This document shows, one piece after another, positions 38,590 to 47,463 of a stretch of DNA of 64,000 bases. Each line of letters opens with the position of its first letter. The stretch's first letter is position 1. Both the position numbers and the translations under genes were made by a program. Source of the DNA: Candidatus Poribacteria bacterium (GTDB lineage Bacteria; Poribacteria; WGA-4E; WGA-3G); the NCBI GenBank assembly GCA_965205015.1, contig OZ242029.1, forward strand, positions 4,960,001 to 5,024,000. Reading direction: 5' to 3'. Below the pieces are notes generated by a model that did no database searches, was not told where the DNA came from, and saw only the letters and a program-made list of their open reading frames with translations.

Positions 38590-39315
38590 TTACCAAGAAC
38601 GGACGAAAGTCATTCTGCCGGTGATCCCTGTTTCATCATCGCCTTTCTGGGTTTCAAATCCCACAAAGACGCCGAGGGTGTTATTTTCGCCATAGCCGAC
38701 ATTGGCACGGAGACCGGGGGCTAAACTACTGAGTCCGCCTTCGGTTAAATCAAGCGTCACCTCTACTTGGGGACCAACAGAGAGCGTGTCATTTAGCGAC
38801 AGCAGCACAAAATTGCGGAGGTAGAACGAATCGCCTGCTTCTTCATCAAACATAGAATTGAAGAACCCCTGTATCCATGACTCAAAGTAGATGGAACCCG
38901 CGGTGAGATAGGTAAACAACTGCGGTGCAATTAAGGAAGAAGGACCATTCGGGGCAGCGTAATCGAACCCAATACCGACCATTGGAAGGAAACTGAGGGA
39001 CAGGGAATCGCTGTCAACGACCGGAATGCCGATTCCGACGTCTAACTCACCGAATGTGTCAACGACGTAAATATCGGTGTCCAGAGAGAGATCGCCGAGG
39101 AAGCTTGGGGAATGACTGGCACCCACCCAGATCTGTGTTCCTAAACTATCTGTATCTGTCCGAAACCATCCGGAAACACCAGAAGTCTCTTCTTCTGCTG
39201 CCATCTCTTCACCCGCTTCATGCGCATCTGCATAAACCATTGAAATACTACCAACTGCAAAAATACAAACCATTACTAACAAACGAACCAACCAAAACGC
39301 ATGCGTTTTCATCAA
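38590..39315 (-). CDS. Predicted outer-membrane beta-barrel (porin-like) protein
   Basis: Signal peptide (VYA|DAH); acidic linker; alternating strands; ends TFVRSW. Confidence 0.65.
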   Translation of the reverse strand: MMKTHAFWLVRLLVMVCIFAVGSISMVYADAHEAGEEMAAEEETSGVSGWFRTDTDSLGTQIWVGASHSPSFLGDLSLDTDIYVVDTFGELDVGIGIPVVDSDSLSLSFLPMVGIGFDYAAPNGPSSLIAPQLFTYLTAGSIYFESWIQGFFNSMFDEEAGDSFYLRNFVLLSLNDTLSVGPQVEVTLDLTEGGLSSLAPGLRANVGYGENNTLGVFVGFETQKGDDETGITGRMTFVRSW

Positions 39316-39430
39316 AAACTCCTTTATACGCGTTTTGAAACGCGCCTACAAGATTACACTTTAAATTTGAGCAACGCACTCTCACGGTGCGATCATGTCA
39401 GTCTGCGGTTTTCATAGAGAAAGAGCCCGC

Positions 39431-39459
39431 TTGACTTCAGCATAAATTTGTGATATAGT
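39431..39459 (+). promoter_or_regulatory. Extended -10 sigma70 promoter facing the glycosyltransferase gene
   Basis: TTGACT-N17-TATAGT with a TGn extension. Confidence 0.6.
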
Positions 39460-39551
39460 GATTTTGCCTGTCTTTTTCGATAAAAGGGGACAGGCGTTTA
39501 TCGTAAAGACGAGGTAACCGCGCCCCTACGGTTGCACCTATTTCCGTTTAA

Positions 39552-39568
39552 AGCAAAAGGCGTGCCAA
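39552..39568 (-). promoter_or_regulatory. sigma54 (RpoN) -24/-12 promoter for the barrel-amt unit
   Basis: Minus strand TTGGCACG-CCTT-TTGCT, an exact match to TGGCACG-N4-TTGC. Confidence 0.88.
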
Positions 39569-39572
39569 TTAA

Positions 39573-39723
39573 TAGTTATCGGTCGTCAGTGCATTCGCTT
39601 CGCTCATTTTCAGTTGTCAGTAATCTAAACACCACAAGCATTTAACCGATAATAGATAATGAATAACTCTTGCTGTTAGGTAAACTTTTAAAACTGATAA
39701 CCGACAACTGATAACTGACAACT
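39573..39723. repeat. Heptamer-armed hairpin element
   Basis: AGTTATCGGTCGTCAG..CAGTTGTCAG versus AACTGATAACCGACAACTGATAACTGACAACT. Confidence 0.75.
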
Positions 39724-39732
39724 CTTAAAAAA

Positions 39733-41139
39733 ATGCTGAAATTTTCAACAAAACATTGCCCAAAAAAGATGCAAATCGTGCTTTTGAGCGGTGTTGTACT
39801 GTTCGGAACAGCACTCCGATTTTGGAACTTAGGGCAGTGGAGTTTCTGGATTGATGAGGTTTTCACCGTTCGAGACGCCCAACACCTTTCAGTCGAAAGT
39901 TGGCGAGTGATCCCAAACCCGCTTCCGTATCTTGCGGTGAAGTTATCAACCTCAATTGCTGGCAGTCGTGAGTGGGGGGCGCGTTTAATTTCGTGCCTGG
40001 TCGGCATCGCCTCCATTCCGATGGCTTTTGGGTTAGGCCGAACCCTCTTCAATTGGCGGATCGGACTCCTGAGTAGCGCATTTGTGGCATGCTCCAGTTG
40101 GCATCTGTTTTGGGCACAAAATGCGCGTTATCCAGTCTTTACCTTTTTCTTTGGTGTCCTGACAGCGTGGTTTTTTTACACATCCCTTGAACGCGATTCA
40201 ACACTTTTAACCATAGGTGCGCTCGTTTCCTGTTTCTGTTTAATCCTTTCGCACACCCTCGCCGTTGTGATCGTTCCGGCATTCGCTGCGTATGCCGTGA
40301 TGTGTCTATTAGAAAAATCTGACAGAAAGCGGTGGCTGAATCTTCTCATCTTCTTTATCCCCTTCGCGCTGCCGGTGCTTGCATTAGCACTTCCACAAGC
40401 TCGAGGTTACCTGTTCTCCGGATGGGGCCGCAACGTATGGCAGCGGAGTCCACTCTATATCGTGCTAACACTCGTCCAAGGCGTGAGTATTCCAGTCGCT
40501 GTTACCGCTTTTTTCGCTCCCATCGCGACGCGATTCAACAAAGCCACGCTCTTCTTACTCTGTTATGCGGGGGTACCGCTGATCCTTTTTCTGATCGCAT
40601 CGCAGCTCCAAAACGTCGCCGGTTATTACCTATTTTGGACGATACCTGCCTACTTTATTCTGGCAGGCGTTGCGTGTGAACGGGTTTGGCAAGTAATAGA
40701 AGGTAGGTCTGGAAGAATACTCGGTATGCTCGTGCCGTGCGTACTGCTGGTGACGCTCCTGTCGCAGGACTATCTCTATTTCAAAATCGAAAATGGTGGG
40801 AGACCGAAATGGCGGGAGGCGTTTGAAGTCGTACAAGTAGAGAAGAAACCTACCGATAAAGTGGTACTCTCAGAACCTGAGATGGGTAGGTATTATCTGC
40901 CAGAATTGACCCCGATCTACATCGGGGGGTTATTAGAGGATTCGGAAGCGTTTGAAAGGGAGTGGGAAACTTCGGGAAGAGAACGGTTATGGTTTCTTGT
41001 AGATGTGGCGAGTTTTAATGTCTTCGATGGAAATGAAAACGTCCGCAATTGGATTCGTCAACGCGGACATATCGTAAAAACACTGCCTGCCTTTTCACGG
41101 GCGAAAGACAGGACAATTCATGTGTATCTGTTGGAATAG
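39733..41139 (+). CDS. GT-C fold membrane glycosyltransferase (PMT/ArnT-like, family 39/83)
   Basis: LRFWNLG..SFWIDE, EWGARL and AQNARY motifs; many TM segments. Confidence 0.8.
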   Translation: MLKFSTKHCPKKMQIVLLSGVVLFGTALRFWNLGQWSFWIDEVFTVRDAQHLSVESWRVIPNPLPYLAVKLSTSIAGSREWGARLISCLVGIASIPMAFGLGRTLFNWRIGLLSSAFVACSSWHLFWAQNARYPVFTFFFGVLTAWFFYTSLERDSTLLTIGALVSCFCLILSHTLAVVIVPAFAAYAVMCLLEKSDRKRWLNLLIFFIPFALPVLALALPQARGYLFSGWGRNVWQRSPLYIVLTLVQGVSIPVAVTAFFAPIATRFNKATLFLLCYAGVPLILFLIASQLQNVAGYYLFWTIPAYFILAGVACERVWQVIEGRSGRILGMLVPCVLLVTLLSQDYLYFKIENGGRPKWREAFEVVQVEKKPTDKVVLSEPEMGRYYLPELTPIYIGGLLEDSEAFEREWETSGRERLWFLVDVASFNVFDGNENVRNWIRQRGHIVKTLPAFSRAKDRTIHVYLLE

Positions 41140-41281
41140 CATAACCGAAGTCTGAATCGCGGATTACACAGATGACACGAATTTTAAAAGGCGCGTTTCC
41201 TATCTGCTTGAAACGCGCCCCTATACATAGGGAGAACGATCTCTCGACCGCGATGCTTTAGCATCTGAAGGAAAAAGGGTG

Positions 41282-42022
41282 CTACCATCTACGGGTAAAA
41301 TTCATTCTACCGGTAAGTCCTGTTTGACCTTCGTCCTTTTTGGTTTCATACCCAACATATATGCCGAGTGTATTATTCTCGCCATAACCGATGTTCACAC
41401 GTCCGCCGAAATTGAGAGCCCACAATCCACCCCCCTCACCGAGACCGAGCACGGATTCAAACTGTGGACCCACCGCGACAGTTTCGTTTAAAGCGTATGT
41501 AAGGTACGTCCGGTTGTAGACTTCATCAAGGGTTTCGCTATCAAATATGGTTTTGATTGTGCTGATTGTCCAATGGAAGCCGAAGATTTTACCGGCGGGT
41601 AGGATCACAAAGATTTGTGGGTATAAGGCATAGGGGCCATCTGGACTGACATAATTGAACCCGACACCGAGCATCGGTGTTAGCAGCAGTGCCATGCTGT
41701 CATTCGCGATAACAGGGAATGAAACGCCCATATCAAACTCGCCCAAATGATCGTTCACATAGATATTAGAATCAAATGAAATACCACCGCTGAGCGGATG
41801 ACTTGCACCAACCAAAAAATAGGTGCCTAAACTATCAACATCAATTTGGAACCAGCCTGTTATCTTCGGTTTTTCTTCTGCTTTTTCACCTTCCATTTCA
41901 TGACCATCGGCGAAGGCAGTAGAGAAGTTGGTAATAGATATTATACAAATTAGTACCCCGATAGCAATTAACCGAAAGCCATTATTGATAGCCCGTGCAA
42001 GGCAGATGAAATGATTGTTCAT
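41282..42022 (-). CDS. Predicted outer-membrane beta-barrel; paralogue of 38590-39315
   Basis: Shared blocks GWF..D.DSLGT...VGASH, GEFDMG and NIGYGENNTLG; ends NFTRRW. Confidence 0.65.
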   Translation of the reverse strand: MNNHFICLARAINNGFRLIAIGVLICIISITNFSTAFADGHEMEGEKAEEKPKITGWFQIDVDSLGTYFLVGASHPLSGGISFDSNIYVNDHLGEFDMGVSFPVIANDSMALLLTPMLGVGFNYVSPDGPYALYPQIFVILPAGKIFGFHWTISTIKTIFDSETLDEVYNRTYLTYALNETVAVGPQFESVLGLGEGGGLWALNFGGRVNIGYGENNTLGIYVGYETKKDEGQTGLTGRMNFTRRW

Positions 42023-42040
42023 GAAAATCTCCTTTTTAAG

Positions 42041-42100
42041 GGGTGTCGGTTGTTAGTTAAGAGGTAAACTGTTAAACGAAAGTTCGCTTTAACCGACGCC
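42041..42100. repeat. Short heptamer-type hairpin element
   Basis: GGTGTCGGTT / AACCGACGCC arms around an AAGAGG core. Confidence 0.55.
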
Positions 42101-42106
42101 TATTTT

Positions 42107-42796
42107 TTATTCAGCTTGCCCGACCTGTTCCATAAGCCGTTCCAGCTTACTCGGATCTTTGACCCCTTTTGATGCTTCGACGCCGGAACAGAGGTCGATG
42201 CCGTGAGGTCGGATTGTTTCAATAGCGGCTTTGACGTTCTCTGGACGAATCCCACCTGCAAAGAAGACTGGCAGCGGACTTTCTGTAATGAGTTCAGCAG
42301 CGACATTCCAATCACAGGTTTTTCCCGTGCCACCGTATCTCGGTTTCTCAAGACTCACATCAACGCTATCAAAGAGTAGAAAATCCGCACCGGCATCCCG
42401 GTATGCCTGCATCTCTGTGCGTACAGCCGGTATATCTACATTTTCAGGACTTCCGGCTGGCAAATAGACAGACTTCCAGAATTCACAGGTGCCTGTGCGC
42501 TTGAGTTCCTCAACCTGCTGTGGTGCCTCCTGTCCGAGGAGTTGAACGGCAAACGGCTGAACTTGTGAAATGATTTCTTGGATGTCGGATGTTGAGCGGT
42601 TATAGAGTAGAATTACGGTAGGAATCGGACTTCCGCTGGCAATTTCGGCGGCTTGCGTCGCGGAGCGGGTCCGTTCAGAGACGGCAACATCCACCAACAC
42701 GCCGATGTAATCCGCACCAGCATCGGCGGCAAGTCGAGCATCATGGATAGAAGTGATGCCGCAGATTTTAACACTGCAGCGGGATTCTTTGGACAT
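42107..42796 (-). CDS. trpF: Phosphoribosylanthranilate isomerase
   Basis: VKICGIT, GGTGKTCDW, FAGGI.PENV, IDLCSGVE. Confidence 0.92.
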   Translation of the reverse strand: MSKESRCSVKICGITSIHDARLAADAGADYIGVLVDVAVSERTRSATQAAEIASGSPIPTVILLYNRSTSDIQEIISQVQPFAVQLLGQEAPQQVEELKRTGTCEFWKSVYLPAGSPENVDIPAVRTEMQAYRDAGADFLLFDSVDVSLEKPRYGGTGKTCDWNVAAELITESPLPVFFAGGIRPENVKAAIETIRPHGIDLCSGVEASKGVKDPSKLERLMEQVGQAE

Positions 42797-42862
42797 CTTT
42801 TAATTATACCTTTTAGTGAGATAGAGTCGGGATTACAAATCCCGCCTACGGAAGCGTCGCTT

Positions 42863-43222
42863 TTACTCTTCAAAAACGGTTTGGCGATCGGCATCTGAAT
42901 AACAGATAATCATCGTTACGGGTTGCCAACCGGTGTTGACGGCATTGTGTTTGACATTGCGCGGAATACGCAGCATCATCCCCGGCCTGAGCGGAATAAT
43001 CTCATCTCCCAATTTGTGATCGCATTCACCGGAGAGCACATAGATAAGTTCCTCACAATTTGGATGGTAGTGGGTCGGATTGCCTTCCCCCGCATTAATA
43101 TAGACGACCCCGAATGTCATCTCAGCTTCAGGATCAATTTGATCGTTACAGAGCCACTTAATGGCGCCCCACGGAAATTCAAGTGCTCCAGCATCGTTAC
43201 TGTTGGTTAAAGTTATCTCCAT
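42863..43222 (-). CDS. Cupin domain protein
   Basis: HYHPNCEELIYVLSG ... IPRNVKH. Confidence 0.88.
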   Translation of the reverse strand: MEITLTNSNDAGALEFPWGAIKWLCNDQIDPEAEMTFGVVYINAGEGNPTHYHPNCEELIYVLSGECDHKLGDEIIPLRPGMMLRIPRNVKHNAVNTGWQPVTMIICYSDADRQTVFEE

Positions 43223-43317
43223 AGCGGTTTCCTTCCTATCTTTTGAGTAAAGCTCACAATTAAGTTTACACTCTCTAATGTGGCGAGGTTAGGAAACCTC
43301 GCCAGCGAGGGTTTCAA

Positions 43318-44154
43318 TTATACATTGAAACACGCTAAACATTGCGCTGCATAAGCCTTCAACGCTATTATCGGTTTTTCATGCAGGTAACCGACGGGGG
43401 CACATATAGCCCGCACAGTGTCGATTTGCATATCAAGTGCCTGATGGGTATGTCCGAAGAGCGCATGTGTGACAAGCGGCTCCTGCAAGCACTGCGCCCC
43501 AAGGTGTTTGCTGCCCATGAAAGCCCGGAAAAAATCCCACGGTAACTCACCCCGGTATCGGATACACTCCCGAAACGGGACATGGTGCGTGACGACAATA
43601 ATACGTGATACATCCTTCCGAATAGAGGCAATCTGCGCCCCAAGAGATGCTTCAAAGCGTCGGGCGACCGCTGGATCGGTATCATTCCATTTGGCATACC
43701 GCTTATCGTTCCAGACGGCTCCCATCAACTCTTTTTCGGCGTATTGATCGTCGGAAAAATCGTAACCCTCTGGAGCGAAACTATAATCGTACCAGCCGAT
43801 AGTCCCACAGAAACCGACTTTCTCCCTGATAAAGGGTTCGTCCATCAAGGGATGAAATCCGCAGGCATGACAGAGTTCCGAAATAATTCCGCACTTCTGT
43901 TCACTCGTAACGTCAGTCGTCTCAATAGCCCAAATGTCGTGGTTACCGGGGACGAACAATTTCTCACACCTCAGATCCGCAAGGTGAAAGGCATTCAGCG
44001 TTTCGGAGAGTTGAACCAAATGCCGTGCGAGATCTCCGGCAAGCACTAAAACATCAAGTTCTGCTGCCCGAACAGCCGCAATAAGATGTGGAACCAGTGC
44101 TTTGTTCCAAGGCGTAACGTCCGTGTGTAAGTCTGAAATGAGACCAATCTTCAT
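43318..44154 (-). CDS. Calcineurin-like metallophosphoesterase
   Basis: SDLH, AGD, GNHD, THHVP, FGHTH. Confidence 0.9.
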   Translation of the reverse strand: MKIGLISDLHTDVTPWNKALVPHLIAAVRAAELDVLVLAGDLARHLVQLSETLNAFHLADLRCEKLFVPGNHDIWAIETTDVTSEQKCGIISELCHACGFHPLMDEPFIREKVGFCGTIGWYDYSFAPEGYDFSDDQYAEKELMGAVWNDKRYAKWNDTDPAVARRFEASLGAQIASIRKDVSRIIVVTHHVPFRECIRYRGELPWDFFRAFMGSKHLGAQCLQEPLVTHALFGHTHQALDMQIDTVRAICAPVGYLHEKPIIALKAYAAQCLACFNV

Positions 44155-44164
44155 TAGCAGTTTT

Positions 44165-44280
44165 TATAGTAAAGTCCACAATTACGTGAACACAAGGGCG
44201 AGGTTAGAAACCTCGCCAGCGGGACCTGGGAGGGTGCTGCGATTTCCTAAAATGCCAACTTATTTTTCGGCTTTACTATA
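44165..44280. mobile_element. IS630-derived MITE carrying a REP hairpin
   Basis: TATAGTAAAG..CTTTACTATA TIRs; the right-end 14 bp are identical to the IS630 remnant end at 602-615; internal GGCGAGGTTAGAAACCTCGCC. Confidence 0.8.
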
Positions 44281-44283
44281 AAA

Positions 44284-45732
44284 TTACATCGATTCCTCTT
44301 CCAGACTTCTGAATATCTCATCCAGAAAGATACGCACCCCACTCTCATCGTCCTGTTGGTACTGTTGAAGTTGGCGTTCCAACGCTCGGATAGAAGGGGC
44401 GTCACCGATTTTGGCAACTGCGTCGACGAGGGTGAGTTGAATCGCGGATTCAGTGCTATTTTCCAAGGCATTAATCAATCGATCTCTCGCCTTAGATCCA
44501 CCAATGCTCCCGAGTGCGGAAGCAGCGATATCCTTCGTGCTGGTGTCTCCGTTTTCAAACGCAGTAATAAGCGTATCAACAGCGGGTTCACCAATCTGAC
44601 TGAGTGCTAATCCAGCTTGGAAGCGGATGCCCGGAATTTCCACAGCATTTTCAAGAACCGCGATGAGGGCATCAATGGCAGAAACCGGTTTGAGAATTCC
44701 GAGTATAGAAAGACAAGCGCGTCGAATTTCTTGCTCGGGTTCCACTTCAATTTGGATGTATTCTTGCGCGAGTTCAGCGAGTTGCCCTTCGTTAATTTTT
44801 TGATAAAGTGCTTCGGACCTGTGTCTGAATTGCGTCCCGAAGGGTGCCTTAAGGGTGGCAGTATTCTCGGTTCTATCCACAGTGAGTAACCCCAGGATCG
44901 CAGCAGATTCTAATTGTTGTGCCTGAAGACTATCGGCTGGCAGTTGGTTGACGTCCGCGCTTTGAAACTCCTGAAAAAGGTCGTTAAGGACGCTCAATTC
45001 AACGAGGTGTTGAAGACTATTAATTGCCTCTTTCCGGAGCGAGAACTCGGTGCTATTTTTGAAGAGGTCCACGAGTGGTTCAATCGCCCGGACATCGCCT
45101 AAATCGCCGAGTGCGTCCACAGCGGCAATCTTCACACCTATGAGCTCAGTTGTTCGGAAAGTAAATTGCCTTTTAGCAAATTTGTCGAGTGTCTTCTTGT
45201 AATCATCAAGGCTATAAATTTTGCGTTCATCGACAATTTTCTCAACGATGTCCCCTACCTGAATATCGGTATTTGCCGCCGGGGTACCGGGTAAAACTTC
45301 CTTGACCCGCACAGTTCCACTGCCTTCAACGCTGAGTCCGACCTTATCCCCCTGTCTGCGGAGCGCGATCCGCAGGGGGGGTTTATCTTTTAGATAAAGA
45401 ATGAAGTTATTATCCTCATCGAGTGCCTCCTTCATTGCCCCGTTAAAGTCGCCGACCTCTCGAACAGGATATTCTGCGATGACATACGAGATGAGTTCAC
45501 CCGTCTCCAGTTGCGCTCTATCAGCGGGCCCGTTGGGGGTCGTATTCAAAACAACGACACCACTGGTTGACCAGCGGTCCTTCAGGTCGCTGTCTAACTG
45601 CTGCACCTGCATTTTCAGGTGTTCATCGTAATGCTGATTATCACACCCGAGTCCGAGCATCAGTACAAAGAGGAGTGGCACGATAAACACCGAGGGGTGA
45701 GGTTTGTTAAACCGTGTTATTTTTATTCGCAT
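44284..45732 (-). CDS. Lipoprotein with two PDZ domains and HEAT repeats
   Basis: Lipobox LGLGC; PNGPADRAQLETGELI and PGTPAANTDIQVGDIV; repeated AxALGxxG motifs. Confidence 0.78.
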   Translation of the reverse strand: MRIKITRFNKPHPSVFIVPLLFVLMLGLGCDNQHYDEHLKMQVQQLDSDLKDRWSTSGVVVLNTTPNGPADRAQLETGELISYVIAEYPVREVGDFNGAMKEALDEDNNFILYLKDKPPLRIALRRQGDKVGLSVEGSGTVRVKEVLPGTPAANTDIQVGDIVEKIVDERKIYSLDDYKKTLDKFAKRQFTFRTTELIGVKIAAVDALGDLGDVRAIEPLVDLFKNSTEFSLRKEAINSLQHLVELSVLNDLFQEFQSADVNQLPADSLQAQQLESAAILGLLTVDRTENTATLKAPFGTQFRHRSEALYQKINEGQLAELAQEYIQIEVEPEQEIRRACLSILGILKPVSAIDALIAVLENAVEIPGIRFQAGLALSQIGEPAVDTLITAFENGDTSTKDIAASALGSIGGSKARDRLINALENSTESAIQLTLVDAVAKIGDAPSIRALERQLQQYQQDDESGVRIFLDEIFRSLEEESM

Positions 45733-45781
45733 TTTTTAATTCTTCCTTAGCGGTTAAATGACGCGGGTAAGGGCTCACAAT

Positions 45782-46666
45782 TCAGTTAAGAGGGATGACG
45801 ACATCCCGGCTGCTCTGTTCTTTTAGAGCGTCTAAGAGCGGTTCGACAACTTTTTCGTCACCGAGGACTGCCAATGCCCGAATCGCATCAACACGCAGCG
45901 AGGACCCCTTATTCTGCACAATTTTGACTAATTCCGGCACAGCGCCCCCCCCAATTCTGCCGAGTGCTTCCACAGCAAGTTGGCGCACTTCAGGTTCCTC
46001 CCGATCGCGTTTCCATTTGGCAGACCCGGACTCAATTAAGGCGGCGAGTGCTGGAATTGCTTGTTCACTTCCAACCTCTCCGAGCGCCTTGACGGCATTC
46101 AAGCGAGTTTCCATTCTTCGATGATCCAAAAGTTTTACCAAAATAGGCACAATCGTCCCTGGATCCTCCTTCCCGAGATGTCCAAGTATCCAATGCGCAT
46201 TATGTCTATCGCGATTGTCGCTCGACTTAATCGCCTTTTGGAGTTGGCTGAGGAGTCGATTCCGGTCGCCTTGCTTATAGACCCGCTTCAGCGCATCAAG
46301 CGCAGCATTTTGGACATCCAAGTCATCATCACGGAGTGTCTCAAAAACGAGTCTTTCGAGGTACTTCCGCTGTTCGGCTTTATATGCGAGGAACATCTGC
46401 TCACCTCGCGCAGGGATCGACGCTTCCTGCCAATCAGTGGTATTCGGCTCGTAAAATTCTTGCGAGTTGTAGTATCCAAGCAGATAGTGTGCCTCAGCGC
46501 TATCAATCTGTTGCTGGAGCGCAAGTTTAAATTCTCGGACGGCGCGTTCCTCTTTGCGTCGTTTATCCGATTTAATCAGTTCTTTACCCTTCGCGAGGTT
46601 CTCGTTCTGAGTACCGCACCCAATTACAAAGAGTGTCAGCACAAGGGCAAGCCAGATTTTCTTCAT
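45782..46666 (-). CDS. HEAT-repeat lipoprotein with a TPR-like N-terminus
   Basis: Lipobox VIGC; AEAHYLLG; RLNAVKALGEVG; RQLAVEALGRIG. Confidence 0.78.
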   Translation of the reverse strand: MKKIWLALVLTLFVIGCGTQNENLAKGKELIKSDKRRKEERAVREFKLALQQQIDSAEAHYLLGYYNSQEFYEPNTTDWQEASIPARGEQMFLAYKAEQRKYLERLVFETLRDDDLDVQNAALDALKRVYKQGDRNRLLSQLQKAIKSSDNRDRHNAHWILGHLGKEDPGTIVPILVKLLDHRRMETRLNAVKALGEVGSEQAIPALAALIESGSAKWKRDREEPEVRQLAVEALGRIGGGAVPELVKIVQNKGSSLRVDAIRALAVLGDEKVVEPLLDALKEQSSRDVVIPLN

Positions 46667-46697
46667 AATTCATTTCTCCTATGCCACTGTCGGTCGA

Positions 46698-47243
46698 TTA
46701 GGCATCAAGAAGTTCCTGTTGTTCGCCGCCGGTTTCAGCAACTTGGTCCTCGGCTTCGCTTGTCTCTTCTTGTTCTTCGACTTCCTCTTGTTCTTCTGCA
46801 TCAAGTGCCTTCTGCAGGATAACAAGCGGCTTTTCAACGAAACCCCAATCCTTATATCTCTGGATGACATTCGTTTCCGTGGGCGTCAGCTCAATTTCAA
46901 GGGTTTTCGCGCCATTTTCTGCGGCGGCAGCCTCGGCAGCTTTCATGAGATGGTCGGCTATCCCCAACTGCCGAAAGGGTCCAGAAACAGCGAGATTCCC
47001 GACGTGAGCGACCTCAGCATCGCTGGAATTCTTGCTGACGGTAATCTGTCCGATCGGGTATCCACTCGACTCCGCAACGAGTCGATGGGTTCGACCCTCT
47101 GATTCTAAATCGGCTTGCAGCTCCTGCGTCACCTGTGTTTTGGTTTTTTCAGGAAAACAAAATGTGTGTAAATGTGCCGCATCACCTTCTTCCGCTGGGC
47201 GTACTTTGATTGCCCCAGCCACGTCAAAATCTTGATTTGCCAT
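46698..47243 (-). CDS. GNAT N-acetyltransferase with an acidic C-terminal tail
   Basis: LAVSGPFRQLGIA motif A; YKDWGF; Glu-rich tail. Confidence 0.8.
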   Translation of the reverse strand: MANQDFDVAGAIKVRPAEEGDAAHLHTFCFPEKTKTQVTQELQADLESEGRTHRLVAESSGYPIGQITVSKNSSDAEVAHVGNLAVSGPFRQLGIADHLMKAAEAAAAENGAKTLEIELTPTETNVIQRYKDWGFVEKPLVILQKALDAEEQEEVEEQEETSEAEDQVAETGGEQQELLDA

Positions 47244-47463
47244 GTTATTCTCCTTTAATCTTTATCAAGATGCCGGTATTTTCGCGCACAGCACGGCAGT
47301 ACCTTTCAATAGCCAGCATCTATACCTATTATTTTGTCTCATTGTAATACAATTTGTTGCAGATTACAATTACTTTTCTCAGGACTCACGCACAGTGAAC
47401 AGAGAAAGGCTGTATTTAATTCGGGCGAGGGGACAAAGGAGTACCCGTTGAAAGCGAAACATC

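Noticed and set aside
39316-39540. Glutamine (glnA) riboswitch in the barrel-amt leader
   Set aside because: Hairpins are present but I could not find the conserved motif.
41160-41186. Three degenerate 9-mers (CGGATTACA-like)
   Set aside because: Too short and degenerate to support as a feature.
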